A stretch of 62,931 bases of DNA, filler included, from Octopus bimaculoides (GCF_001194135.2; 3 parts of 2 records of this genome joined end to end with filler, not necessarily neighbours in it), one strand, 5' to 3'; positions 22,878 to 36,025 are shown, counted from the first letter of the whole stretch. The notes: generated from the letters alone by a model not told the origin. A program made the numbers and translations.

Positions 22878-23569
22878 TTTATACATATACATATATGTAC
22901 GTATAAAGGTATAGGTTTGTATATAGATGCGTGTGTGTATGTAAATGTGTGCTTGTGTATACATATGTATGTGCAAAGGTGTGTGTGTGCATGTGTGTGT
23001 GTCTGTTTGTCTGTTTGTCTGTCTGTCTGTGTACATGTGTGTGTGTGTGCAGGTAGAGTGGGTTTGGGGTTAGCATATGTTTGGTCATATGTGTAACTAG
23101 CAATCTCAGAAACCTGTTTAACACAACAGATATTAACAACACTGGATGGTTACTAAATGGAGCAGAACAATTTAGAAATAATTTAATCATAATTAAATTA
23201 TTGTATCAAAACATTCCGTAATATCAAAAACATCTGCCTGTAATAAATTGCTAATATTGCAATTTGTATATTCTTTTGTATTTATTAATTTATTTATTCA
23301 TTTATTTACTTTTATATTTTCCAATTAAAACCATACAGGTAGAAGCAGTAGTTTTTCATGAATTTCTTTTATTTTTTGCCCTTTGCATTTATTCATTTAT
23401 TCATTTATCTATTTATTGAACCAGAAATAACTGGAATTTTTCGGGAGAGAAAAATCTGGCCATAGCTATACATATGGGTGGTATGTATTTGTATGTATGA
23501 ACATATGTATTTGTGTGTATTAGTTTCTATGTGTGTAGGCATATATGTATATATTTATATGTTTAAGCA

Positions 23570-23915
23570 CAGGTGTGTCTGTGTGGTAAGAATCTTGCTT
23601 CCTAACTTCACAGTTCTAGTTTCAGTTCCAAATTGGGTGAGTGCCTTCTACGGTAGCCTCTGGCCGACCAAAGCCTTGTGAGTGAATTTGGTGGACGGAA
23701 ACTGAAAGAAGTGTGTGTTTCTTTGTGTCTGCGTTTATCCCCCACCTTACAACAATGTTGGTGTGTTTATGTCCGTCTGGCAAAAGTGACCAATCGAATA
23801 AATACTAGGCTTACAAAGAATAAATCCTGGGGTCAGTTTCTTTGACTAAAATGCCCTTTATAGCGGTGCTCCAGCATGGGCACAGTCAAAAGCCTGAAAC
23901 AAGTAAAAGAATAAA
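23570..23915 (+). mobile_element. tRNA-derived SINE, family A, near full length
   Basis: ctgtgtggtaagaatcttgcttcc...ggccgaccaaagccttgtgagtgaatttgg...gcggtgctccagcatgggcacagtcaaaagcctgaaacaagtaaaaga. Confidence 0.85.
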
Positions 23916-24220
23916 AGAAAAGAGTGCACATGTTTCATCCAGTGTGGATAGGTTTAGTATTAAGAATGTAGATGTATGTACGAACATGTGTGTATGTGTG
24001 TGTTGGTGCATGTATGAGTGTGGTTGTGTGTGAATGTCTTTCTGCCTAGGGATAACTCACATACTATTTAAACAATTATATAGATGGAGACAGGGGTAAT
24101 AATGATTTCAAATTTTGGCACAAGGCCAGCAATTTCAGAGGGAGTTGGTAAGTCGACTACATCAACTCCAGTGCCCAGCTGGTACTTCTTTTATTAATAA
24201 TAATAATAATAATAATAATA

Positions 24221-24900
24221 CAGGGTGTAGAGTCTTAGCAAGACATGACTGAGTCGGCCAGTATTTACACTGGACAATATGTCGGCATTATCAAAATCAA
24301 AACCACTGACAAATGGCATAAGCACCATCCTGAAGCTGTGACTAAAGGAAAAAAATGTGTCGATTCTCTGGGACTTCCCCATACATACCAGCAAAACAAT
24401 AAAAGCTAATAAACTGGATGTTATTATAAAAGATCAGACAAAAAAGATGTATTTATTTATTGACATGAGTATTCCTTGCGATCACAATATAGTGGTGAAA
24501 GAATTTGACAAGACCAGTAAATATAAAGACTTGCTAATAGAAATTGAAAAAATGTGGCATCTCAAGGCGACTACCATACCAGTGATTGTAGGATCTCAAG
24601 GAATGATAAAAAAAGGTACTGAAACCTATTTGAAAATGATACCAGGCCTACTATCCCTACAGGAAGTGCAAAAAATTGTGTTAACTGGAACGACTTATGT
24701 ACTGAGAAGAGCATTTTCACTGTGAAAACAACATCCATTCATGAATTTACTTATTTATTAATTTTTTTTACATACATATTTTACCTGTGAATGTGCATGT
24801 GTAAACTGGTAATGTATGCAATGAGCTTCTCTGCCCTAGGTATACGGAAAACACTCAGCAAGAAATGGAAAAAAAATTGAAGAAAGAAGAAAAAAAATAA
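24221..24900 (+). mobile_element. R4/Dong-like RLE LINE, 5'-truncated 3' end
   Basis: It reads ILWDFPIHTSKTIKANKLDVIIKD...IDMSIP.D..IVVKEFDKTSKYKDL..EIEKMW...TIPVIVGSQG...LQEVQKIVLTGTTYVLRR. (TAA)n flanks both sides. Confidence 0.85.
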
Positions 24901-25054
24901 TAATAATGATAATGATAATAATGACATTATTGTGTATAGTGCTCAGGTGTACTACAACTCATCAAAGGTGCATGTACAGTACATGGAATTATGTACAAAA
25001 GTCAGGAAAGTGAACAGTATATGAGTCATGTGTGCATGCATATGGAGGTTGGGG

Positions 25055-25440
25055 TGGATATCAGGTATAGTGTTGGCGAATTTCAGGAAGTATGGAGATT
25101 TTAAAGGATGCTATGTCTCGGCAACTAGCAACTGTCACAGGTAGTTTGTTCCATGCTTCAGTAACTCTGAGTGTGAAAAAATGTTTCCGAAAGTCATGGG
25201 AGCTGTGTTGTTTTCTGATTTTGTAGGCATGCCCACATGTGTTAGACACATGGAGCTCAAAAAGGTGCTCAAGGTGGTTGTAGGCATGATGGTTAATAAT
25301 TTTGTGGGTGTTTATCAAGTCAGTTGCCAGACATCAGTGCCTCAATGTAGCTATGCCCAGGGAAACAAGGCATTCAGAGTATGGTAGATGCCTGATGGAG
25401 GATATTCACTTGGTTGCACGTCTCTGAACAGTTTCCAGAA
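25055..25440 (-). mobile_element. CR1-like LINE 3' end
   Basis: The minus strand reads LETVQRRATK...LPYSECLVSLG...THKII...TCGHAYKIRKQHSSHDFRKHFFTLRVTEAWNKLP. Confidence 0.85.
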
Positions 25441-26391
25441 GGTCAGTGAAAGACACTCAATTTGGTAGAAATAGCAGTCAAATCTCTTTCAAACCAAACT
25501 GTGCTGTCTTAGAAAGTGGAATAGCAAGCGTGTGTGCTAATAGGGGCAGCTGAAAGGCAAAGTTGACCTGAGCGTAATTTGAACTCATACTGTGGAGAGG
25601 GATAAATTACCACCAAACATTTTGCCTGGCATGCTAATGATTCAGCTAACTCATCACCTTAGTCATAATTAATTATATTGTCTAAAAAAAAAGGTACAGG
25701 TGTTGACAAAAGTGAGTTGCAAAGCTATTTGCAACAATTCATTAAAAAATGCTCCAAGAATAGCAGCCAGATAGGGCTACATGTGACATCACCAGTTTTT
25801 AAACTGAGCTGTATTGGTGAAGCATTATGAACACTAATAGTCTCCACAAACATTACAAATCAATTACCCACTTTGCCGTCAGCTTTCAAAGTTTCATCAT
25901 ACAATTAATCCATAACATGGATCACCTGTTTCCTTGGGTGAAAAAATAGCTTCAAATATGTTTATGAAACTAATCAACAATTTTATCCTGCACATTTTTA
26001 TAATATCAATGATATTCATATTGTTAGTTCAGCACATTTACATTGTTGTTATATGCTGTTATAGTTTTTTAATAAACATGTTATAACCTTTAATGGAATA
26101 TCACGGCTACTCTAAAACGTGAGGCAGATATCAAAAGAATTATTTTAAATTAGAATTATCTCCCTTGAACCAGCTCTCTAGCTGTGAAAAATTGCATTTT
26201 TTTCTTTGAGTGTTGTGTTTCATCCTCATTTTACTAGTACACATTTTATTCCTTTAACCAATTCAAAATCATTTCACATAATCTTTTGTTAAATATTTAA
26301 AGTTAGTCAATTTATATGTTTGAAATTTAACTTGTAATAAAGCAATATTATATTTATAATATAAATTACACTTTAACTCTTAAAGGTTGCT

Positions 26392-26422
<31 letters not shown>

Positions 26423-26879
26423 AATTTATCCCTCCCTCCTCCGCCCTCCATACACATATATAATAACTGTAGGATTTACTTTCAGTTTTTTGCTTTTCTG
26501 ACAGGATGAACTGCAGTTTACTCAGCCATGCAATGATTAGTCCTAGAGCTGACATGCATTTTCCCATCCTTACATGAGTGGGATGTAAATACAGTCTTTT
26601 CTAAACAGTAGCATAGATGAGGGAAGTCTACCTAAGGAGACACTTTTATGGGGGTGAAATTTTGGATCTCCTATATAAGCCAGTATAGGCATGGGGTCTG
26701 GGGATTGGGACAACAAACTAAAAGGCAGCACAGTTTGGTTTGAAAGAGATTTAACTGCTATTTCTATTTAGGTGAGTGACCATGCAGAAGCTCCTTCATG
26801 GTATATTCTTGGAACAGTCGTTTTTCTACATGTTTCTAATTACTTGATCATGAACTGAGAGTAAAGGGTAAAGGCTCCC

Positions 26880-27170
26880 TTTGGTCATAAATGGCCATGG
26901 GATTGCACCTATAAAGTCTCCTTCTGAGGCAAGGTCGTTTATGGAAGACCAGCAATCACCCATGCATACCAGCCTCCCCTCTCTACACCACTGATGTTAT
27001 CCAAGGGAAAGGCAAAGGCTGATACAGCTTGGCACCAGTGACATCATAACTCATTTCTACAGCTGAGTGAACTGGAGCAACATAAAACAAAGTGTCTTGC
27101 TCAAGAACACAACACACTACCTCATGATTGTCAGTCTGACACTCTACCCACTGAGTCAAGTGCCTTTGTG
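26880..27170 (-). mobile_element. tRNA-derived SINE, family D (gtgttcttgagcaagacactt central motif)
   Basis: The minus-strand head is ggcacttgactcagtgggtagagtgtcagact, followed by gtgttcttgagcaagacactt...gctccagttcactcagctg. Related heads occur at 34770-34985 and 42225-42345. Confidence 0.75.
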
Positions 27171-29039
27171 AAATTGGTGAGGACCCTATTTTAGAATTAG
27201 TCAATCAAGCAAACTAAAACAAGCCATTGCATGTTTTTTCAGGAGCACAACACTATGACAGTTGTAAGGTCTGAGCTTATGACATCATAATCAACAGTTC
27301 AGCACCTCAACAAATACAACAACATTGTCACTTTTATATTGTCACTCAGTCTGCTCCTGTATAAAGGGAGACAGTAGTTGAGGCGGACTTGGTCAGTGTG
27401 TCCAAGAGTCTTGATTCATTAGTCTTGATTCACTCCAGGTGGTTGGTGTATCAGTTCTGAGCTTAGTGTGGCTGCCAATGTTCTGGTTATGCATGAATGT
27501 GCATCATGTTTGTTGATAATGGATGGTGATGTAGAGACAGATTTCAGAATGGTATTCCTCCGAAGTATGTCTCCGGAGCAATGTTACTCAACTGGGTGCA
27601 TAGTTCAGAGATCAGAGAGTCTCTACAGGTTGAGCCATTACTTTTATGCATTGTGAGGTCACAATACCAGTTCTACAGACATGTGGTTAGAAAGCTGCAG
27701 GAAGGAATCATATAACAGATTCTTCAAGTTGGGCCAACCAGCAGGAGATCTAGGGTTAGACCAAGAATGAGATGTTTAGATAACATCCATAGTGTCAATT
27801 GGTCATACCTGGGAATCCAGCAGGAGGTGGTTGCTTCTGATAGGACCTATCAAGAATGTGACTGAGGGATCTAACCCCATGATCCTCTCAAGAATAATGG
27901 ATGGACAGATGGCTTGAAAGTACAAAAGTTATTTGTCAGTTGTGATGTTTATTCCTTTTCAAGAATTCTACAAGTGACATTGCTTCAAATAAATTAATAA
28001 TTCAACATACTGGAAGATTTACTCTGTATACAAGCATAATGGCTATAATAATAATCTTCACTATGATTTCTGATGAGGTACAAATTCCTCCATTCCTTCA
28101 CGCGACCACTATCGCTGCACTGGAATGATACAGAAACCAGTCCTTTTTCTTTTATTCAATTTCTTTTTCCATTTTTTATGTTGTACCATCAAAGAAGGAA
28201 GATCATCAAGTTCTCAGACACTTTATGGTGGCTAAAGCAATAAACTTTTCTAGAAATTCCTGCTTTATCTGAAAATGTTTTCTTCAATCAGATAAAACAA
28301 TATATTTTTAGTCTAATGGACTGAATTTTTTGGCATTATTAGACACATTTTTTTGAGACTTGAAATAGTTTTGTAAATTTCATTCTGAGCTTTGGTTGCT
28401 TTCTTTCATTCCCTTAATTATTTTATCGTTTATCATACGTACATGGTGGCCACCCCCACTAATTAGCTTTCACAGGATAATCTCTGTTTTGAGATATTTG
28501 GTAACTTATATTTCAATAGATATCTTCCCAGGGTGCCAACACCATGACTATACTGTTTTTATCTTATTAATGTCTTTGAGAATGGTATGAATGTCACATG
28601 ATCTTATTTTCCTTCCATGATAAAGAGGAATAGATCATGTGGTATTCATGAGACAAGGTTTAATGCCTATGTTATGCTCCAATATTCCACTTTTACTTTA
28701 TATGTGTGTTGTGAAATGTTAACCTTTGTATCCATGTCTACATTCACTTTAAATACATAAGAAACAATAATTTTTATTGATATTTCATCAGAAGAGTGGA
28801 GTGGTGGAATCAGCAGAACATTGGACAAAATGCTTAATGGGGTTTAGCTGTGTAATTCTATGTTCACAGTTCAAATCTCATTGAGGAGACATTTCCTTCC
28901 TTTCTTCTGGGGTCAGAAAGTAACTACCCACTAAGACAGCTGATCTAAGTGACTGTACCCCTCCTGCAAATATGTGGCTTTGTTCTTATTTTAGAAATCC
29001 TTGTCATTTAGTGATAAGAAAAGAGGCATAGCATCCATG

Positions 29040-29420
29040 TTATTGATGAAGCTAATGCAATTGATGTTTATCATGAAGGTTATATCTACAGGGAAAACAG
29101 AACCAGGGAGACAAGGTTTCACTATGTTACAGTAGTGGAGAGGAGTGATTAGGTGAAGTATTTAGTGTAGGCTTTATGGATATATGATATAGTTAGGATA
29201 ACAAGTGTAGGATGGGCAGATACAATGTGTGCTCAGGCAGAAGTTGTCAACAGTTTGCTAGTTCTGAGGAACAGTAACCAGTACAGTTGCAGTAAATGAA
29301 GCAGGGAAAGGAAATGGTATGTCCATCATATTGTAGCTGTAGTGAGTTGGAGAATGAGAGAGCCAGTGATAGTTACCAGGATAGCATTTGCAGGGGAACA
29401 TTATCCTATGTATGTGAGCA
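29040..29420 (-). mobile_element. Very degenerate PLE-like RT remnant
   Basis: The minus strand shows GYCSSELA...HIVSAHPT and FPVDITFMINI, resembling the RT segment at 12850-13050. Confidence 0.35.
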
Positions 29421-30269
29421 GTACATTAATGTGGGTTGCATATATGCTTTGTTCAGAGCTGAAGTATTCTTTTTTTTTTTCTGACTCCTGAAAAAGAAGC
29501 CTGAAGCATGTAGTCACTACAAGCATGTAGTCACTACAATAGTCATTCAGAGATTAAGAGTTCAGGCATTTGTTACAAGTTTGAAAGGTTTCCATATGGG
29601 CTGTTCATAAAGAATGAAGGTGTAATGTTATATGATTGTTAACTTGATATGTGATTATGTTTTTGTATTACTGCAGAGTCTTTTCAAATGCTTTGCTTAT
29701 GAAAACTTTACAAAGCTGACTTGAGGTGTCAAAGGTGCAGATAATGCCTATATACATATGGCTAAATTAGAATGAAGTGGAGTTAGGGTATCATCTGATA
29801 GAAGGATGTGTGGTTAAAATTATCTGTGGGGAAAGTCATTAGAAAACAAAAGGGATGGTGTAGGTAGCATAACTGAACCCTGAGGTCATCTCCTTATATA
29901 TTTACTTATCTACCAATATATCTATTTATATATCTATCTATTACCTGGTGGGTATTACTTTAGATTAAATTTATGCAATAAAGGCGGTTTCTTTCCTAAA
30001 ATGAAATTTACAGTCTATTTTTATTTTTGTAGATGTGACTCAGTAGTATTTTTTACTGTTTGAAGCATAAAAATAGCAAGGTAAAAAGTATATAAAAGTT
30101 AAGTAAGAAGGAAGCTAGAAAGAAACATTTGTTCTGTTCAGTTCATAAGCTATTTATTTTTCAGTAAGTTTCTGAAGAGAACAGTTAAAGCCTAGAAATA
30201 ATGATTTCTTTTGACAATGTCTGTGTGCATAATTGGTGAAGAGACTCCAGTGTGATATATTATTATTAT

Positions 30270-31110
30270 TCAGTAGTTTTATTTTTATAACGTGCTTTCA
30301 CTTCACTACCGAGCGCAGCTCTGTGCGCCTTGGGTATGTGCTGTGGTTTGCTGTGGTGCTCTTATGTTTACTGTATTGAAAGTGTTTTGCGTAGAATGTG
30401 TGCAGTACCCAGTAGTGCAATTTTCTGTATGTTATATATATTTGTAAGTCCTGGTGTTTTTGTTATGTATTTGTCTGAATATTTTTTTATTATACCTAAG
30501 GCACCTACTATGATAGGAATTGTTTCTGTTTTTAGATTCCACATTCGAGTTATCTCTATTTCCAGGTCTTTGTATTTTGAAAGTTTTTCCATTTCTNNNN
30601 NNNNNNNNNNNNNNNNNNNNNNNNNNNNNNNNNNNNNNNNNNNNNNNNNNNNNNNNNNNNNNNNNNNNNNNNNNNNNNNNNNNNNNNNNNNNNNNNNNNN
30701 NNNNNNNNNNNNNNNNNNNNNNNNNNNNNNNNNNNNNNNNNNNNNNNNNNNNNNNNNNNNNNNNNNNNNNNNNNNNNNNNNNNNNNNNNNNNNNNNNCAT
30801 TTTTTTTCTGTTGTTATTCCATAGTGTTGGCATAGCTTCCAGTGTATATAGGTCCCAGCTCTGTCGTGTCTGTGAATATATTCCTTCTTAGCCAGGACTG
30901 GGCAGCCAGAGATAATATGATTTATTGTTTCTTGTCCATCTCCACATATTCTACAGTTACTTGTTATATTTCTTTTCATTATGTGTTTTTGGTAATTTCT
31001 GGTGGGGAAGCTCTGGTCTTGTGCAGCAATTAAAAATCCTTCAGTCTTTGCTTTGAGTTCTGAGCTTCTCAGCCATTGCTGGGATTTTTCTCTGTCTATT
31101 TCTTTCGCAT
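30270..31110 (-). mobile_element. R4/Dong-like RLE LINE, 5'-truncated, with internal gap
   Basis: It reads EIDREKSQQWLRSSELKAKTEGFLIAAQDQS...CRICGDGQETINHIISGCPVLAKKEYIHRHD...EKLSKYKDLEIEITRMW...IQKIALLGTAHILRKTL. (TAA)n flanks both sides. Confidence 0.9.
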
Positions 31111-31167
31111 TATTATTCTCTGTCTATTTCTTTCGCATTATTATTATTATTATTATTTCTCCTGAAT

Positions 31168-31352
31168 AAGGTAGCAAGCTGGCAGAATTGTTAGTATGCC
31201 AGGCAAAATGCTTAGCAACATTTCATCCGTTTGTGTATTCTGAGTTTAAATTCCACTGAAGTCAAGGTCAATAAGATAAGTACCAGTTGAGTACTGAGGT
31301 TAAGGTAATTGACTTACCTCCTTCCATTGTGCCAAAATTTGAAACCATTATT
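31168..31352 (+). mobile_element. SINE family B, degraded
   Basis: aaggtagcaagctggcagaattgttag...ttctgagtttaaattccactgaagtc...taagtaccagttgagtactgagg. Confidence 0.7.
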
Positions 31353-31369
31353 TCTCCTGAGTTATCTAT

Positions 31370-31475
31370 ATCACGTCTCAGTTTCATCTTGTAGTTTGGA
31401 GATGCAACACTTTTCTCAACACATGAGCTGTTCTGAGTATTGCTGCTAACTGAATACATCCGATGGAGTTTGGTA

Positions 31476-31478
<3 letters not shown>
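31370..31478 (-). mobile_element. Short R4/Dong-like C-terminal remnant
   Basis: The minus strand reads IQLAAILRTAHVLRKVLHLQTTR* next to (TAA)n. Confidence 0.6.
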
Positions 31479-31524
<46 letters not shown>

Positions 31525-31525
<1 letters not shown>

Positions 31526-32927
31526 GGGCCTTAGAGTCAACCTAGCTAAAACCAAAATCCTAATAAGTAGGAAGGTAGATAAAACACAAACCCCTTCAGG
31601 TAGATGGCCCTGCTCAGTATGTAGAAAAGGAGTAGGTAGTAACTCTATAAGATGTACCCGGTGCAAGCTATGGACACATAAGAGGTGCAGCAACATCAAA
31701 GGCAGGTTAACTAGCAAGTTAGTTTTTGTTTGTGGCAGATGTTCAGGTGCAATAAAGACTGCAAACAAACAGGAAACAACTTCNNNNNNNNNNNNNNNNN
31801 NNNNNNNNNNNNNNNNNNNNNNNNNNNNNNNNNNNNNNNNNNNNNNNNNNNNNNNNNNNNNNNNNNNNNNNNNNNNNNNNNNNNNNNNNNNNNNNNNNNN
31901 NNNNNNNNNNNNNNNNNNNNNNNNNNNNNNNNNNNNNNNNNNNNNNNNNNNNNNNNNNNNNNNNNNNNNNNNNNNNNNNNNNNNNNNNNNNNNNNNNNNN
32001 NNNNNNNNNNNNNNNNNNNNNNNNNNNNNNNNNNNNNNNNNNNNNNNNNNNNNNNNNNNNNNNNNNNNNNNNNNNNNNNNNNNNNNNNNNNNNNNNNNNN
32101 NNNNNNNNNNNNNNNNNNNNNNNNNNNNNNNNNNNNNNNNNNNNNNNNNNNNNNNNNNNNNNNNNNNNNNNNNNNNNNNNNNNNNNNNNNNNNNNNNNNN
32201 NNNNNNNNNNNNNNNNNNNNNNNNNNNNNNNNNNNNNNNNNNNNNNNNNNNNNNNNNNNNNNNNNNNNNNNNNNNNNNNNNNNNNNNNNNNNNNNNNNNN
32301 NNNNNNNNNNNNNNNNNNNNNNNNNNNNNNNNNNNNNNNNNNNNNNNNNNNNNNNNNNNNNNNNNNNNNNNNNNNNNNNNNNNNNNNNNNNNNNNNNNNN
32401 NNNNNNNNNNNNNNNNNNNNNNNNNNNNNNNNNNNNNNNNNNNNNNNNNNNNNNNNNNNNNNNNNNNNNNNNNNNNNNNNNNNNNNNNNNNNNNNNNNNN
32501 NNNNNNNNNNNNNNNNNNNNNNNNNNNNNNNNNNNNNNNNNNNNNNNNNNNNNNNNNNNNNNNNNNNNNNNNNNNNNNNNNNNNNNNNNNNNNNNNNNNN
32601 NNNNNNNNNNNNNNNNNNNNNNNNNNNNNNNNNNNNNNNNNNNNNNNNNNNNNNNNNNNNNNNNNNNNNNNNNNNNNNNNNNNNNNNNNNNNNNNNNNNN
32701 NNNNATTTCGAGCGTGGCCGTTTTCGTGCGGGTGACACGTAAAAGCACCCACTACACTCTCTGAGTGGTTGGCGTTAGGAAGGGCATCCAGCTGTAGAAA
32801 CTCTGCCAAATCAGACTGGAGCCTGGTGTTGCCATCCGGTTTCACCAGTCCTCAGTCAAATCGTCCAACCCATGCTAGCATGGAAAGCAGACGTTAAACG
32901 ATGATGATGATGATGATGATGATGATT
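31525..32927 (+). mobile_element. 5'-truncated RTE LINE spanning a gap, same family as 17960-18862
   Basis: GLRVNLAKTK...WPCSVCRKGVGSNSIRCTRCKLWTHKRCSNIKGRLTSKLVFVCGRC lies before the gap. The family 3' tail cacgtaaaagcacccactacac...catgctagcatggaaagcagacgttaaacga(tga)n lies after it. Confidence 0.8.
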
Positions 32928-34428
32928 ATTTCCTGCTTTACCTCCTGAGCTCATATACCACTAAGGTATAATAACAATTTCAATGATGTGACTGTTTATT
33001 GTTTAAAATGACATTGTAGGATGGGAATGAGAGGGAAGGATCTGGCCATTTTGAACATAAAACAGTTAGACTATGTAGGTCAAATATGGCCAGTTCAAAT
33101 GCTAAAGGGTTATTGTCATTTTTTTTGTCTTTCTTTCTATTATAAAATTTTGATTGACATGAAAGTTTGAAAAGATGTTGTGGTCTTAATGCATTTCTCA
33201 ATCTGAATTGCACCTGGACACATCACTAGTGATTAGGTGCTTTGGGTTTTTCAACACCATACTCCCTCCCCAGGTGACCCAGCTGGAATTGATCAAGCCC
33301 CAGCTTGTGTATAGTTAGCATTATTCCTGGTAGCCATGCCCCTTCTGGAGCTCACACCTCCTAGTTCACCACCACCTTCAGGTAACTTCTGCTGCCTTCA
33401 CAACCAATTAGATGTCCTTCAGCCTACTGGCCCCTGTGATGCCAAACATGTTGTAAGCCTGCTGAAGAATTGTCTCACAATCCCTCTGTACCCCAACCTT
33501 GCTGAGATCAATAGTAAACAGAACTGAATGGGAAAAATTAAACCAAGTCACATATTAAGTCACTGAATTCTCAGTACAATACCCCATCCTCTTGGCCTAC
33601 AAATAAGTAGAATTTAATTTATTCCATTCACTATGAAATCAAATAAATAGACAAGGACAATTCTTTAACATCTGAATAATGGTCACTTCTATTATATGAA
33701 AGGATAATTACAGTCTTGTTATGCTCCAGGTGTCTATGTTCAGTGACAGAAACGGAAGTCTTGACATAAATATGTTGCCAAAATAGGTTATGGAAGAGGA
33801 CAGTATATGTAGAAGGGTCTTATTATTAGTGTAAACAGCTTTAATCTAACTGCTATGGACTGTTGTTCTGGTTCCTTGGTTTCAAGAGATATCTTTTGTT
33901 TCCTGTGTAAGTAAAATAATACAGAAGAAAGGACATTCTACCCCATGACAATGTTATGTCTAACGAGTATCTTTGTCTTTGCTGGTAATTAAAAACACAG
34001 GCGCATATTCTATCTATATTTGCCTGTCTACCTATCTTTCTCTCTCTCTCTTTTCTATATATATATATATATATATATNNNNNNNNNNGGAAGAGAGAGA
34101 GTGGTAGAGGGAGAAACAAAGGGAGGAAGTAGAAGAATAGGTGAGCAACGAGAGGAAAAGAGAAAGAGAGGAAGTACGAGGGGGAAAAAGGAGATACGTA
34201 GTAGTAAAGAGGAAGAACAAGAGGGGGAAAAAATGATAGAGGAAGAGAAAGAGAAAGGGATAGAGTAGCGTCGGAAAATATGAAGTTACGAAAACTACTT
34301 ACAAATTGGAGACGCTGCGTTCAGTCATGTAAAAACAAATAGTAAATGAGTATATGCATATATACGTACAGGTATGTGCATACCGACATACATACACATA
34401 CATGTGTGTGTGTGTGTAAATATAATGA

Positions 34429-34463
<35 letters not shown>

Positions 34464-34543
34464 CGTGTGTGTGTATGTGTGAGTGTGTGTGTATGTGTGA
34501 GTGTGTGTATGTGTGTGTGTGTGTGTGTGTGTGTATGTATATG

Positions 34544-34579
<36 letters not shown>

Positions 34580-34769
34580 AATAATATATAGATATATGCA
34601 TATATCCATACATATATGCACATACCTGCATCTATATGTATACATAGGTGCATATATGGGTACAGGACATCAAAAAAACGTTAAACACAATGAGAAACGA
34701 AAACATAAAAATGAAAACAGAAAACAAACTTTTTTCAAACAACGAAAAAAACAAACAGAGAAACGAGAC

Positions 34770-34985
34770 ATGCAATATGAAGTAAGATTGTGGTTTCAAT
34801 TCCTGGACCGGGCAACGCGTTGTGTTCTTGAGCAAAACACTTCATTTCACGTAGCTTCAGTTCACTCAGCTGGCAAAAATGAGTAACGCTGTAATGGACT
34901 GGCGTCCCATCCAGCTGGAGAACGCATTAGCCATTGAAACCGGGAAACCAGGCCCATGAGCTGGGCTAGGATTTAAAGGGCACAT
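34770..34985 (+). mobile_element. SINE family D-related copy
   Basis: gtggtttcaattcctggaccgggc...gtgttcttgagcaaaacacttcatttcacg...ttcactcagctggc. Confidence 0.7.
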
Positions 34986-35008
34986 TTATTTTTATTATTT
35001 TATATATA

Positions 35009-35370
35009 TCCTCCTGGTGATGTCTTGAGCTAACTAGATCCTAATCCACCAAGGGAAGGTATGTCAGAAGAAAGTAATTCAACAACGCGGGTTGATGAAC
35101 TGTAAGATGTGTGGCCAGAACCTCCTGGAAAATAACCATAGCGAGGGACATTCCACAGTTGAATTAGAACAGTCACAAACAGTGAAAGAAGACATGCACC
35201 CAACACCAGAGCTGAAGACACCTCCGAAAGGGGGTGGCCCTGCCATGTCAAAACGGTAGAGGAGTAGGGGCCGAAACCGGATGTGGTTCCTCCTGATGAT
35301 GTCTTGAGCTAACTGGATCCTATAAAGGAGCTGTTGTGATAGCAGACCACGAAACATGGTTGAAATTCCT
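35009..35370 (+). mobile_element. 279-bp unit bounded by 35-bp direct repeats, with two hammerhead-like motifs (PLE pLTR or retrozyme-like)
   Basis: tcctcctgRtgatgtcttgagctaactRgatccta occurs at 35009-35043 and 35288-35322. CUGAAGA at 35212 is followed by GAAACCGG at 35273, and CUGAUGA at 35293 by GAAACAUG at 35351. Confidence 0.5.
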
Positions 35371-35374
35371 TCCT

Positions 35375-35414
<40 letters not shown>

Positions 35415-35869
35415 CACATGCATGCACACATGCACACATGCACACACACATAAACGCACACTCACCATATACACAGTACACGGTTAATATGGTTTACAAA
35501 TGAGTAGTATGGCAGAGCACTGACATGAAGTAAAGACAAGTATGAGAAAAGATTTTCAGTAAGTGAAGAGGGCATATGAAGTACGTCACAAGTGTGGTGT
35601 TGTATAGCAGTGAAGCATGAACAAGATAGAGGACACAGCATGTGAATATATATGATACATATACATGAGCCTGGTGTTGTATCATTGAGAAATGTGAGCT
35701 GTTTGTGGTCCATAGCATGTAGTGGTGCACAAAATTGAACTGAGTGAGTACGGTGACCTAAGAGCGATGAGAACATATAATGTGAATTTCAAAGATTTCA
35801 TGATTTAAGGAAGGGGACACTTTTCTTTTCATTTTGTAATTTTTTTACATGACATTTTCTCACATTACA

Positions 35870-36025
35870 CAGCATGGCTGGTGGGTAAGAAGCTTGCTTC
35901 CCAACCACATAGTTCTGAGTTCAGTCCCACTGTGTGGCACCTTGGGCAAGTGTCTGCTACTATAGTTTCAGGCTGACTAAAGAAGCTTTGTGAGTGGATT
36001 TGGAAGATGGAAACTGAAAGAAGAC
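35870..36025 (+). mobile_element. SINE family A, 5' half
   Basis: tggctggtgggtaagaagcttgcttcccaaccacatagttctgagttcagtcccactg...gtgagtggatttgg...gaaactgaaagaag. Confidence 0.8.

Noticed and set aside
28060-28800. CpG-containing patch and possible old L1/Tx1-like coding remnant
   Set aside because: No frame gave a diagnostic motif, so it cannot be supported without a search.
33336-33527. 63-aa GC-richer ORF
   Set aside because: It has no recognisable domain or splice context and is probably decayed retroelement sequence.
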